From contig JAOPTX010000008.1 of NCBI GenBank assembly GCA_051532055.1, positions 32,001 to 96,000 of the forward strand: a stretch of 64,000 nt of DNA. The letters are read 5' to 3'. Position numbers and translations under genes: made by a program. The notes below the pieces were generated by a model. The model worked only from the letters and a program-made list of their open reading frames with translations, was not told the DNA's origin and did no database searches. Every line of letters begins with the position of its first letter. The first letter of the stretch is position 1. This document shows positions 30,138 through 39,373 of the stretch, one piece after another. The DNA is from Fibrobacterales bacterium. Its GTDB lineage: Bacteria; Fibrobacterota; Fibrobacteria; Fibrobacterales; JAOPTW01.

Positions 30138-30627
30138 TTGAATACATCCCCTTATGTTTTACTGATAGATGTATACGGTGTAGTGTGTTATTCTATCAGT
30201 GCTCTTTTATTATCACACGCTTTACAATAAGATGACGAAGCCCGGAATAATCCCAAATCAAAAGTACTAAAAAGAACGTTCATACCATCACTGACAGCTT
30301 TTTAACTGTTTATAACATGGACGTCTATGTCCAGTATCATTGGTACTTGAGTCACTTAATGTAATTTAAACAGTTTGAGGCAACACTTCGTTTTACTACA
30401 ATAAAACTGAGTGCCATTAATCTTTCATTCCTCGATTTTATTAATACTGATAAATTTTTGCACAATACCCTAATCATCGGGGTATATTTACCATTCATGC
30501 GAAGTCATCAATCCCAATGTATTAATACCATTCAAGTCACTACCTATTCCCCATTCCTAGATTCATTTGAGCGAGATACTACGAGTCAATTTACTATTGA
30601 TTACTTTATGGATTAATAGTTGTAGTT

Positions 30628-32406
30628 TCAATAAACATCAAGAAATGTGAGCCGTGGGCCATGAGCAGTATGAGCCCATACTGAAGTAAAATTCCATAAT
30701 GAAAAAAGAGTCAGCGAACCACTATTGATCTCGGAAATCGTTGTAGGTAAACCAAATTCACCATCAACGGGATACGTACCGCTGCTGCCACGTGCCATAT
30801 GTGCATCTGTAGCACCATAACTATTCACAATTGTGCCACTCCCCGTCAATTCACCACATATTTGACCCATAAACAATAGGTCTGCCCCATAAGAGAACAC
30901 CTTTGCCGCACTAACACTATTCCTAATAATACCACTCGAAGAACCTGCTATACCACCTAATCGACCTTCGCGTGCAATCCCTGTAGAGACGCCCCCACGA
31001 GCCAATGTATTTTCAATCAATCCTCTATTTTCGCCAACAATACTCCCTGAATAACCCGAGGCCGTAACCTCATGGCTAGAACCCAATTTTATAGATTGCA
31101 CATTACGAATTACCCCGGTTATGTCATTTACACCTACAACAATTCCACCAGACATATCAGTCGTTATTCTGCCCCGGGCAGCTGATTCTTCAATAAGCCC
31201 TTTGTTAAGATTTGCAATAAACCCACTCTGACTTCGAGCAGTGATAACATGGGGGGTACCATCTAAAAATGTTCCCGAAAAATCGATAAAGATACGACGC
31301 ATCGTTCCGTTATTTACATCGACACCGGCGCTGACACGGTGCTGTGATTGAACTGATCCCATTTTTCCCGTTACATAACAATCCTCAATGAGGCCTTCAT
31401 TATTTACTGCAATAGCACCAACACCATACGCACCCTTCTCTGCCCCTACTTTAATACCGGTCAATTTGAGGTTGCGTATTTCACCTTGAGGACCAATATG
31501 CATAAAGAAGCCCCAGTTTTTAACATTCCATTGCGCTGTAGCAGTTAGGTTTTTAATTTCAAAACCATTTCCATCAAATACTCCTTCAAAACGATCAGGG
31601 ACAGACGATGGCACCCGTCCAATGGGGTTCCATGTTGTAGTATCAAGCACGATATCATTTATTAAATAAAATTTACCTTTAAGGTTATTGTGCATTGCTT
31701 CAAGTTGTTCTCGGGTACTTATTGCAGTATACCCTATAAACTCTCCCGCTACCTGAGAACTTGAAATAATGATTTCTACTGAAGAGCTTGAAAGGGTTGG
31801 CGAACTAGAATTAGAGCTCTCAATGGTACTTGAAGGTATGGACTCCGAGGCACTCGACTCTGATGATACAGGAGACGGAATTTTCTCAACACTCTCGCTC
31901 GATGATGACAACCAAGAAGATGAACTTGAAGAGAGAGAGTCTCGATTCTGAGAAGGTACACTCAAGCTACTTGATAGAACTTCACTTGAGGAAAGTAACG
32001 ATGTATTTGTTGATTGGCCAGAGGATGCCTTTAATTCTGTACTTGTATGAGGGGCATCACTCGATAGTGTCGTATCTATTGATTGGTATGAAGAAAGTGT
32101 ACTCACTGATATAGCTTCGGAAGATAATTGTTGTGAGATAATCACAATGCTACTACTCTCTTGATTAAGAGTACGAGAAGAATGTACCGGAATAAGGGCA
32201 GAAGATGAACTTCTCAATACTGGGGCCATAACTGATGACACAAGCCCCAAAGAACTACTCAGTATAGATGATGAGACTAAAGAGGACGATGAAATTTTTG
32301 AAACATCACTCAAGGTATTGATTGAGTCAAAGCGACACCCTCCTATAATCAGAAGCATCATAATAAGTGCAGATATAATAGGGACTGTAGGGATGTCAAT
32401 TCTCAT
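30628..32406 (-). CDS. Lipoprotein with Ser-rich linker and GLUG-type beta-helical repeat domain
   Basis: Lipobox IGGC; 'ISTREQLEAM..L.GKFYLINDI', 'FEGVFDGNGFEIKNL', repeated 'GGIAG.N.G.I.N' units. Confidence 0.75.
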   Translation of the reverse strand: MRIDIPTVPIISALIMMLLIIGGCRFDSINTLSDVSKISSSSLVSSSILSSSLGLVSSVMAPVLRSSSSALIPVHSSRTLNQESSSIVIISQQLSSEAISVSTLSSYQSIDTTLSSDAPHTSTELKASSGQSTNTSLLSSSEVLSSSLSVPSQNRDSLSSSSSSWLSSSSESVEKIPSPVSSESSASESIPSSTIESSNSSSPTLSSSSVEIIISSSQVAGEFIGYTAISTREQLEAMHNNLKGKFYLINDIVLDTTTWNPIGRVPSSVPDRFEGVFDGNGFEIKNLTATAQWNVKNWGFFMHIGPQGEIRNLKLTGIKVGAEKGAYGVGAIAVNNEGLIEDCYVTGKMGSVQSQHRVSAGVDVNNGTMRRIFIDFSGTFLDGTPHVITARSQSGFIANLNKGLIEESAARGRITTDMSGGIVVGVNDITGVIRNVQSIKLGSSHEVTASGYSGSIVGENRGLIENTLARGGVSTGIAREGRLGGIAGSSSGIIRNSVSAAKVFSYGADLLFMGQICGELTGSGTIVNSYGATDAHMARGSSGTYPVDGEFGLPTTISEINSGSLTLFSLWNFTSVWAHTAHGPRLTFLDVY

Positions 32407-32568
32407 TCAGCATTCTAATTAAGAGTGTTTCAACATATCTAAATAAGAATTACCTATCTGTCAAAGACTGAAATACTATTTAAGATTACTTACAAAAGAG
32501 TAAGCTACAAGATCTCTTATAATTTTTGTACAACCAAAAAATGCTCTTGCCCTATATTTATCAAGCAA

Positions 32569-33465
32569 TCACTTCTTAATCTTAGGGATTTTAATAATAA
32601 TGCCTGCCTTAATAAAGGGAGTGGGAGATACCTCCCCTTGAGCTACTACAGTCCCTTTTCGACTAAACTCCATGTCAGTCACATTAAACAAGTACCCCAT
32701 TTGCACATTAATAAAAAACGGCTTTTTGAGAGGTATGAGAAAATCTGGCCCAACGTTAATCCGGCTAAACCTTAATTCTATATCAGATACCGTCTCTGTA
32801 TTAAAACGAATATGATCACCCTCAATTTGTGCACGGACGCCCAGATGAAGTTTGCTCTCAAACACATAATAGAGGCTCATAAATGAGGGCAGAATTGTCG
32901 CAAATTTAATGCGATTCCACTTCTTCTGATACCCCAAAAGGGGCAATACTAAGGGACTACCTGTATTACGAGTGTAAATAAGACCAACCATGAGAGTATG
33001 CTCAGAACCGCGATATAAACCCGCAATAGCACCATTACACTGCCATATTCTATTACTCATTCCATCTTCAAAATCAGTAATGACTTTGGGGAGTACCGAT
33101 ACAGTTCCAGTCCAGAGACTGTCTTTAAGCCAGATTGCCCGGAGCCCCATTTGAAAACCATGAAACGACCGAGAGTTATCTGAATGTGGTGCTATGCCCC
33201 CGCGAACAAACAACCCTTTATACTGGGGAACGCCCATCAGAATAAATGTCTTTTTTACTCGATAGGGAACGATAAAACCAGCTTGTACCGTCTGAATACC
33301 AAATTGTGACGTTACATTGGCGCTATCCCTTGCGACTTTGAGAGAACTTTTGGGAGACCAATGATAGCTAAAAGTTGCAAGGTTACTTTCAAATGCCTCA
33401 ACCTCAAAAGGTATTATTATGAGCATTAAAGCACATTGAGCAAGATTAATGATGTTTTTGAGCAT
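32569..33465 (-). CDS. Outer-membrane beta-barrel protein (DUF6268-like)
   Basis: Signal peptide; 'GLIYTRNTGSPLVLPLLGY', 'ILPS'; amphipathic strands. Confidence 0.55.
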   Translation of the reverse strand: MLKNIINLAQCALMLIIIPFEVEAFESNLATFSYHWSPKSSLKVARDSANVTSQFGIQTVQAGFIVPYRVKKTFILMGVPQYKGLFVRGGIAPHSDNSRSFHGFQMGLRAIWLKDSLWTGTVSVLPKVITDFEDGMSNRIWQCNGAIAGLYRGSEHTLMVGLIYTRNTGSPLVLPLLGYQKKWNRIKFATILPSFMSLYYVFESKLHLGVRAQIEGDHIRFNTETVSDIELRFSRINVGPDFLIPLKKPFFINVQMGYLFNVTDMEFSRKGTVVAQGEVSPTPFIKAGIIIKIPKIKK

Positions 33466-33601
33466 AGTGCTAAGTATAACTTCATCGAGGACAAAAGTCT
33501 ATAATGCGACACATAGATAATGGAAAAGCTATTCAATTGATGGATATTTTGGTGAATGTGCAGTATACTCAAAAGCATATTCACCTATACAGTAGACCCG
33601 A

Positions 33602-34894
33602 ATGGTACACCTTACTTCTAAGATTTCTGATGAACGGAATAGTTTGATTAATACCTTTCTTATTGCTGCATCTTTTTTTGCTACCATACTTGTTGCCATA
33701 TCACTATTACGACTCTTTGACCAAGGGTGGACTAATATTCTCTATGTTCACCTATCTGGGTTATTGGGTGTATGGCTCATTACTCTATTCAGAAATAAAA
33801 TATCTCTTTCCATCAAACTTTCCTTCCTCATCTTCCTTACCTATAGCCTCGGGTGTATCGGTCTTTATTTTTACGGAATAGTTTCAGATGCTGAGACACT
33901 CTTTTTCCTCTCATTTATTCTTGCTGCATCATTTAATAAAGCAAGATATGGCATTATTCTTCTGATCACCATGATACTCATCTACAGCGGGATGGGGCTC
34001 CTCTATAGTCAAGGGGTATTGGTCTATTCTTATGATATACAAACCTATCAGGAGTCTAGTTATTCATGGCTTTTGCATATATCAGCTTTTGCTATCTATG
34101 GTGGATTTGCCCTCATGATAATCCAAGTCATGAACAAAGTAATATTTAATAATCTCAAGGATATTGAAAAGCAGCGAAGTGAATTAGAAACTCTCAATGC
34201 ATCAAAAGACAAGGTGCATAGAGTTATTGCCCACGACCTCAAGCGCCCTTTCAATAATTTACTTGGAATTATGCAGCTTATGTCGAGTGGTAAGAGTACA
34301 ATGACCGAAGAACGAAAAGGTAAAATCTTCGATAAACTCTATCGTGACTCCAAAGGGGTCTATGACCTCCTTGAAAACCTATTGATCTGGGCTGAGTCCG
34401 AAACAGGGCAAGCTCAAGCCCAAAAGAGCGAAATTGGAGTACACCTTCTGGTTACCCACGCAATAGTCCCCTATTTGAGCCTCGCAGATCAAAAAGGGGT
34501 TCGCATATTAAAGCACTTAACCGATACGATTACCGTCTATTCAGATATCCCTGTCCTCAAAATTGTCCTGAGCAACATACTAAATAACGCCCTAAAATTT
34601 ACTCCAAAGGAAGGCACTATTACCCTATCCTGTCAAGAATGCACCGATCATGTTGAAATTAAATTTACTGATACGGGTGTCGGAATCAGTGATGATATAC
34701 TAGAACGGATTTTTGATCCTTTTGACACAGTCACCCAACCAGGGACAGATAACGAAAAGGGAACCGGGCTTGGGCTTGGTGTTTGTAAAGACCTGCTTGA
34801 TAGAATCGGATGCTCTATTAGAGTGTCGAGTATTGAAGGTAAGGGGAGCACTTTCGCGGTCATTATTCCTCACTCTAAGCCTTCTATGGAATAG
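33602..34894 (+). CDS. Membrane sensor histidine kinase
   Basis: 5-6 TM helices; H-box 'AHDLKRP'; N-box 'NNALKFT'; 'DTGVG'; 'GTGLGL'. Confidence 0.92.
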   Translation: MVHLTSKISDERNSLINTFLIAASFFATILVAISLLRLFDQGWTNILYVHLSGLLGVWLITLFRNKISLSIKLSFLIFLTYSLGCIGLYFYGIVSDAETLFFLSFILAASFNKARYGIILLITMILIYSGMGLLYSQGVLVYSYDIQTYQESSYSWLLHISAFAIYGGFALMIIQVMNKVIFNNLKDIEKQRSELETLNASKDKVHRVIAHDLKRPFNNLLGIMQLMSSGKSTMTEERKGKIFDKLYRDSKGVYDLLENLLIWAESETGQAQAQKSEIGVHLLVTHAIVPYLSLADQKGVRILKHLTDTITVYSDIPVLKIVLSNILNNALKFTPKEGTITLSCQECTDHVEIKFTDTGVGISDDILERIFDPFDTVTQPGTDNEKGTGLGLGVCKDLLDRIGCSIRVSSIEGKGSTFAVIIPHSKPSME

Positions 34895-34915
34895 TCTATG
34901 TAAATGTCGATACAT

Positions 34916-34946
34916 AAAAGGCCATCGGGGTTACTGATGGCCTTTT
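34916..34946. terminator. Bidirectional Rho-independent terminator
   Basis: aaaaggccatc...gatggcctttt between convergent genes. Confidence 0.85.
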
Positions 34947-34983
34947 GCATTTGTTTATGTATATAATTCAGCAGTTTAAGGTT

Positions 34984-37104
34984 CTAATCTACCGTTATGG
35001 TATCAAGCGCACCAAGCCCCACTGTAAGACATGGTATATTAATCATAATATCTACTTGTGATCCTGTTTTTCTTCGCTCCGCTATAAACAAGTCAAACTT
35101 AACGATATCACCTGTTTTAATAGAGTCATTACGGTTAACAGAGAGATTATTTATGTATGCTACTGCACCCTTAAGATTAAATTGGCCCGTGACGGGCTTG
35201 TGTACCCCACCGATATCAAGTATCAGTTGATCATTGATAAATACAAATACATCGTCATCACCAGAAAAAGAGAAATTCTGATCTTCAGCCCCATTTTCTA
35301 CATAATAAAACTCTCTTGTTAAATGAGCCGAGAAACCATAGTTTCGTGATGCTCCTGAAACAGCGCAAGTTTTTCCAATAATGAGCGTATCGGCGATAAT
35401 ATCCATTTCACTTCCGCCATCAATACAACCATCAAGTGGAAAGAAGCCTTCCCCTGCTGTTCTAAATGAGTAGACATTATCTCCTGTGTGCGTAAAAGCG
35501 AGTTCTACATTTTTTGCTGCTCCTGTTTTACTCCACCATGTACCAATCGTAGAGTTAGTACATACGTTTGTTGCGAGTACTGGGAGTCCATCACTTGAAA
35601 GAGTACCCTTAACCATCCCTGTAGATGCTTCGTGTACCGGTCTTTCAATGCCATCTTCATCAACAATACCTGGACACTGAGCGGACTGGGTATTAGTCAG
35701 TGAAAAGTCCCCAGCTTCAGGCTTATCATACACTACAATGTCAAAAACAATTGTTTCTGGAAGCTCATACCCTTGCGAAAGACACGTAAATGGCTGTATC
35801 CCACATACAGGAAATACTAAACACTCATCGTCATCACAGTCAACCAAGGTATCACCATCATTGTCAATACCGTCACTACACGATTGACTATTGTTCTCTG
35901 CGCAAAATGAGTACTGTTGGCACTGCCTATCATCACAGTCAGTATCACCATTATCATCATTGTCAATACCATCTTGACACTGTGCCGCGGTAACTTCACG
36001 CGAGTCACATAGTATGAGATCCGCACATCCTTCATCACCACAATCTATATAGCCATTGTTGTCATTGTCTTCACCATCAGAGCATAACGCTTCAGTATTT
36101 TCATACCTCTGACACACGGCAAAGGTCGCACAAGTCTGAAGAGTGTCACAATTCAAAGCATCAGTACAATTAACAGTAATATCCTCACAATCAAATAACC
36201 CATCACCATCATTATCAATACCATCAGCGCATTGTTGGGCAGTATTTTCTAATGGCTCTTGACACCAACTGAAATTTTTACAGTACTCATTATCATCACA
36301 ATCAACAAGGCCATCTTCATCATTATCAATACCATCAAAGCATTGTTGGGCAGTATTTTCTAAAGGCTCCTGACACCAACTGAAATTTTTACAGTACTCA
36401 TTATCATCACAATCAACAAGGCCATCTTCATCATTATCAATACCATCAGCGCATTGTAGTGTTGTATTTTCTAAAGCCTCTTGGCAGACAGCATATGCTT
36501 TACATGGCAGGTCATCACAATCAATTAAATCATCACCATCATTATCAAGTAAATCCGTACATTCTCTTAATGAATTCTCAGCAGGGTCATCACAAAACTG
36601 AAATATTTTACATGACTCATCCAAACAATCAATTTTTCCATCTCCATCATTATCAACAGAATCATTACATAATAAGGCAGTATTTTCAGATGGAATATGA
36701 CAAAAAATAAAAGCACCGCACCCTGGATCATAGCAATCAACAAGTCCATTAGAATCATTATCTAAGCTATCCTGACAAGTGTAATAACTATCTTCTCGCA
36801 CCTCATATCTTGTATCTGAGGAGTCCTGTAATGCGGAAGAAGAAACACGTACTGTCCCATCTGGGAGTTGTCCGTCATTATCACTCTCTGCTTCCTGTGC
36901 TGATGAGCCATTAGTACTATCACCAGCGCATATATAAAAGCCTAAGCAGTCCTGATCCAAGCAGTCAACATAGCCATCAGCATCATTATCCTGAGTATCA
37001 TTACAGAGCTGGGCTGTATTTTCGTGTGCCTGTTCATTTGGTGTCGATTCTAAAAAACAACTTGTTACTACAAAGAATGCTATCAATAGGGGTAGATGTC
37101 GCAT
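34984..37104 (-). CDS. Fibro-slime (PA14-like) domain lipoprotein with 10 Cys/Asp repeats
   Basis: Lipobox VTSC-FLE; 'GFFPLD', 'NYGFS', 'FSGDDDVFVFINDQLILDIGGVH', 'FIAERR'. Confidence 0.88.
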   Translation of the reverse strand: MRHLPLLIAFFVVTSCFLESTPNEQAHENTAQLCNDTQDNDADGYVDCLDQDCLGFYICAGDSTNGSSAQEAESDNDGQLPDGTVRVSSSALQDSSDTRYEVREDSYYTCQDSLDNDSNGLVDCYDPGCGAFIFCHIPSENTALLCNDSVDNDGDGKIDCLDESCKIFQFCDDPAENSLRECTDLLDNDGDDLIDCDDLPCKAYAVCQEALENTTLQCADGIDNDEDGLVDCDDNEYCKNFSWCQEPLENTAQQCFDGIDNDEDGLVDCDDNEYCKNFSWCQEPLENTAQQCADGIDNDGDGLFDCEDITVNCTDALNCDTLQTCATFAVCQRYENTEALCSDGEDNDNNGYIDCGDEGCADLILCDSREVTAAQCQDGIDNDDNGDTDCDDRQCQQYSFCAENNSQSCSDGIDNDGDTLVDCDDDECLVFPVCGIQPFTCLSQGYELPETIVFDIVVYDKPEAGDFSLTNTQSAQCPGIVDEDGIERPVHEASTGMVKGTLSSDGLPVLATNVCTNSTIGTWWSKTGAAKNVELAFTHTGDNVYSFRTAGEGFFPLDGCIDGGSEMDIIADTLIIGKTCAVSGASRNYGFSAHLTREFYYVENGAEDQNFSFSGDDDVFVFINDQLILDIGGVHKPVTGQFNLKGAVAYINNLSVNRNDSIKTGDIVKFDLFIAERRKTGSQVDIMINIPCLTVGLGALDTITVD
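36208..36457. repeat. Near-perfect 111-bp in-frame tandem duplication
   Basis: gcattgttgggcagtattttct at 36229 and 36340; a 37-aa unit occurs twice. Confidence 0.9.
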
Positions 37105-37187
37105 ATTCTCTCCAATTAAAAAATAAGATATAGATAAAATACTATTTATGATTTGTTTAGTATAGGGGCGCCAAGGAAGTGATGCCC

Positions 37188-37233
37188 TAAAACAACAAAG
37201 GCCACCAGAATACTGGTGGCCTTTGTTGTTTTA
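37188..37233 (-). terminator. Long perfect hairpin terminator between the fibro-slime paralogs
   Basis: taaaacaacaaaggccaccag-aata-ctggtggcctttgttgtttta. Confidence 0.88.
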
Positions 37234-37257
37234 TTTACTTCAGAGGATTCTGTAAAC

Positions 37258-39129
37258 TTACTGGTCTACTGTTGTACTATCAAGTACACCTGTACCAGCA
37301 GTTAAACATGGGATATTAATGGTAATATCCGCTTGTGAACCTGTTTTTCTTCGCTCAGCAATAAAGAAGTCAAATTTAACGATATCGCCTGTTTGAACTG
37401 AATCTTCACGAGTTTCAGAATTGCTATTAATATAGTTAACTGCATTTTCAAGGTTGAATTCACCTTTCACTGGTTTATGTACACCGCCAATATCAAGTAT
37501 AAGTTGATCATTAAGGAATACAAATACATCATCATCTCCAGAAAATTTGAAGTTTTGTTCATCTGCGCCCGCGGCAACATAATAGAACTCACGAGAAATA
37601 TGACCAGCAAAACCATAGTTTCTGGCTGCTTGAGAAACAGAACACGTTTTACCAACGATTAGCGAGTCAGCGAGAATATCCATTTCGCTCCCTCCATCTA
37701 TACAATCATCTAAAGGAAAGAATCCTTCTATCGCCGTTCTAAATGAGTAAACATTATCACCCGTATGAGTAAATGAAAGCTCTACATTTTTCGCTGTACC
37801 TGTTTTGGTCCACCAACTTCCTAATGTTGAGTTAGTACAAACATTTTTAGCGAGTGCAGGTAGCCCCTCACTTGAAAGAGTTGTACGCACCATTCCTTCA
37901 GAGGCAGTATGTACGAGTCGTTCAACACCATCTTCATCACTAATTCCAGGGCACTTAGCTGATTGCGCATCAGTCACCGCAAAATCACCACCATTTTTGT
38001 CATAAACAACAATTTCAAAAGGAATAGCTTCAGGAGGTTCATACCCTTCTGGAAGGCAACTAAAAGCTGTAAAACCACATACTGGAAATACTAAACATTC
38101 ATCATCATCACAGTCAACAAAAGTATCACCATCATTATCAACACCATCACTACATGATTTACTATTGTTCTCAGCACAAAATGAATACTGTTGACACTGT
38201 CTATCATCACAGTCAGTATCACCATTATCATCATTATCAATACCATCTTGACACTGTGCCATGGTTACTTCACGCGAGTCGCAAATCAAAAGATCAGCAC
38301 AGGCTTCATCACCACAATCTTGTTGACCATTAAAATCATTATCTTCACCATCAGAACAAAGCGCTTCAGTGTTTTCAAAAAATTGGCATACTGCAAATGT
38401 AGCACAGGTCTGTTCTGTATCACATTCGATTTCATCTTCGCAGTCTACAGTAATATCATCACAATCAAAAAGTCCATCGCCATCATTATCTTTACCATCA
38501 GCACACTGAGCCGCAGTGTTCTCTAAAGGCTCTTGACACCATACATAATCTTTACAGAACTCCTTGTCATCGCAGTCGACAAGTCCGTCTTGATCATTAT
38601 CTACGCCATCATTACATTGTACCCCAGTATTTTCTAGAGGCTCTTGACACACAATAAATGATTTACAAGGTAGGTCATCACAATCGATCTTACCATCATT
38701 ATCATTATCCTCTTTATCGGTACACTCTTTTAACGAGTTCTCAGCAGGATCTTCACAGAATGAAAAAATCTTACACGATTCATCGATACAATCCGTTTTT
38801 CCGTCTTCATCATTATCGATGTCGTCATCACAAAGTAATGCAGTATTCTCTTGTCCATCTTGACAACGAACCAAAGACCCACACCCAGGATCGTAACAAT
38901 CAACAAGCCCATTAAAGTCGTTATCAAAACCATCAGTACATTTTGACTCAGTATTTTCGTTTACTTCTGCACAGCGAATATCTGAGTCGTCGAAGGCGCA
39001 GTCAATTGGGTTAAAAAGCTCAGGATCATCCTCCTTTGCTAGTTCAATGTCATCTTTAAAGTCTGAAAAGCACCCAGAAAATAAAAGGGCAATAAGAGTA
39101 CCCAGGGTAAATAGTTTAAAAAGTTGCAT
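37258..39129 (-). CDS. Fibro-slime domain lipoprotein with 8 Cys/Asp repeats (paralog of 34984..37104)
   Basis: GGGAGG SD before MQLFKLF; lipobox FSGC; same fibro-slime motifs. Confidence 0.88.
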   Translation of the reverse strand: MQLFKLFTLGTLIALLFSGCFSDFKDDIELAKEDDPELFNPIDCAFDDSDIRCAEVNENTESKCTDGFDNDFNGLVDCYDPGCGSLVRCQDGQENTALLCDDDIDNDEDGKTDCIDESCKIFSFCEDPAENSLKECTDKEDNDNDGKIDCDDLPCKSFIVCQEPLENTGVQCNDGVDNDQDGLVDCDDKEFCKDYVWCQEPLENTAAQCADGKDNDGDGLFDCDDITVDCEDEIECDTEQTCATFAVCQFFENTEALCSDGEDNDFNGQQDCGDEACADLLICDSREVTMAQCQDGIDNDDNGDTDCDDRQCQQYSFCAENNSKSCSDGVDNDGDTFVDCDDDECLVFPVCGFTAFSCLPEGYEPPEAIPFEIVVYDKNGGDFAVTDAQSAKCPGISDEDGVERLVHTASEGMVRTTLSSEGLPALAKNVCTNSTLGSWWTKTGTAKNVELSFTHTGDNVYSFRTAIEGFFPLDDCIDGGSEMDILADSLIVGKTCSVSQAARNYGFAGHISREFYYVAAGADEQNFKFSGDDDVFVFLNDQLILDIGGVHKPVKGEFNLENAVNYINSNSETREDSVQTGDIVKFDFFIAERRKTGSQADITINIPCLTAGTGVLDSTTVDQ

Positions 39130-39373
39130 GTTCCCTCCTAATATTCCATGGAATATATGCAATGTGATGTGTGTCTGTTATAGTCATATTTAGTAGTACC
39201 TTACAGGTCCCGACAGGTAAAGTGTGCTTAATACATCAAATGACAAGCACGTACAAAATACGCCAATCCTCACATAATATAGATAAGAAAAACTGCAATT
39301 CACAACACTTTTTCTGTTACTTCGGGTAAATTACACAATATTTATCAATGCAGCAAAACAGGGCTATAGAGCC

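Noticed and set aside
22137..31951. Plus-strand Glu/Leu-rich ORFs (22137, 24062, 29467, 31769)
   Set aside because: Antisense shadows of poly-serine linkers
4672..37176. gcgccaagg 9-mer beside two terminators of Cys-repeat genes
   Set aside because: Opposite orientation relative to the genes and short enough to be chance
35790..38950. Periodic DNA repeats resembling a CRISPR array
   Set aside because: They are in-frame coding repeats of the Cys/Asp motif with codon-level divergence; no unique spacers and no cas genes
39163..39373. c-di-GMP riboswitch upstream of the fibro-slime genes
   Set aside because: Two small hairpins are present, but I could not find the GEMM consensus elements; needs an Infernal/Rfam scan
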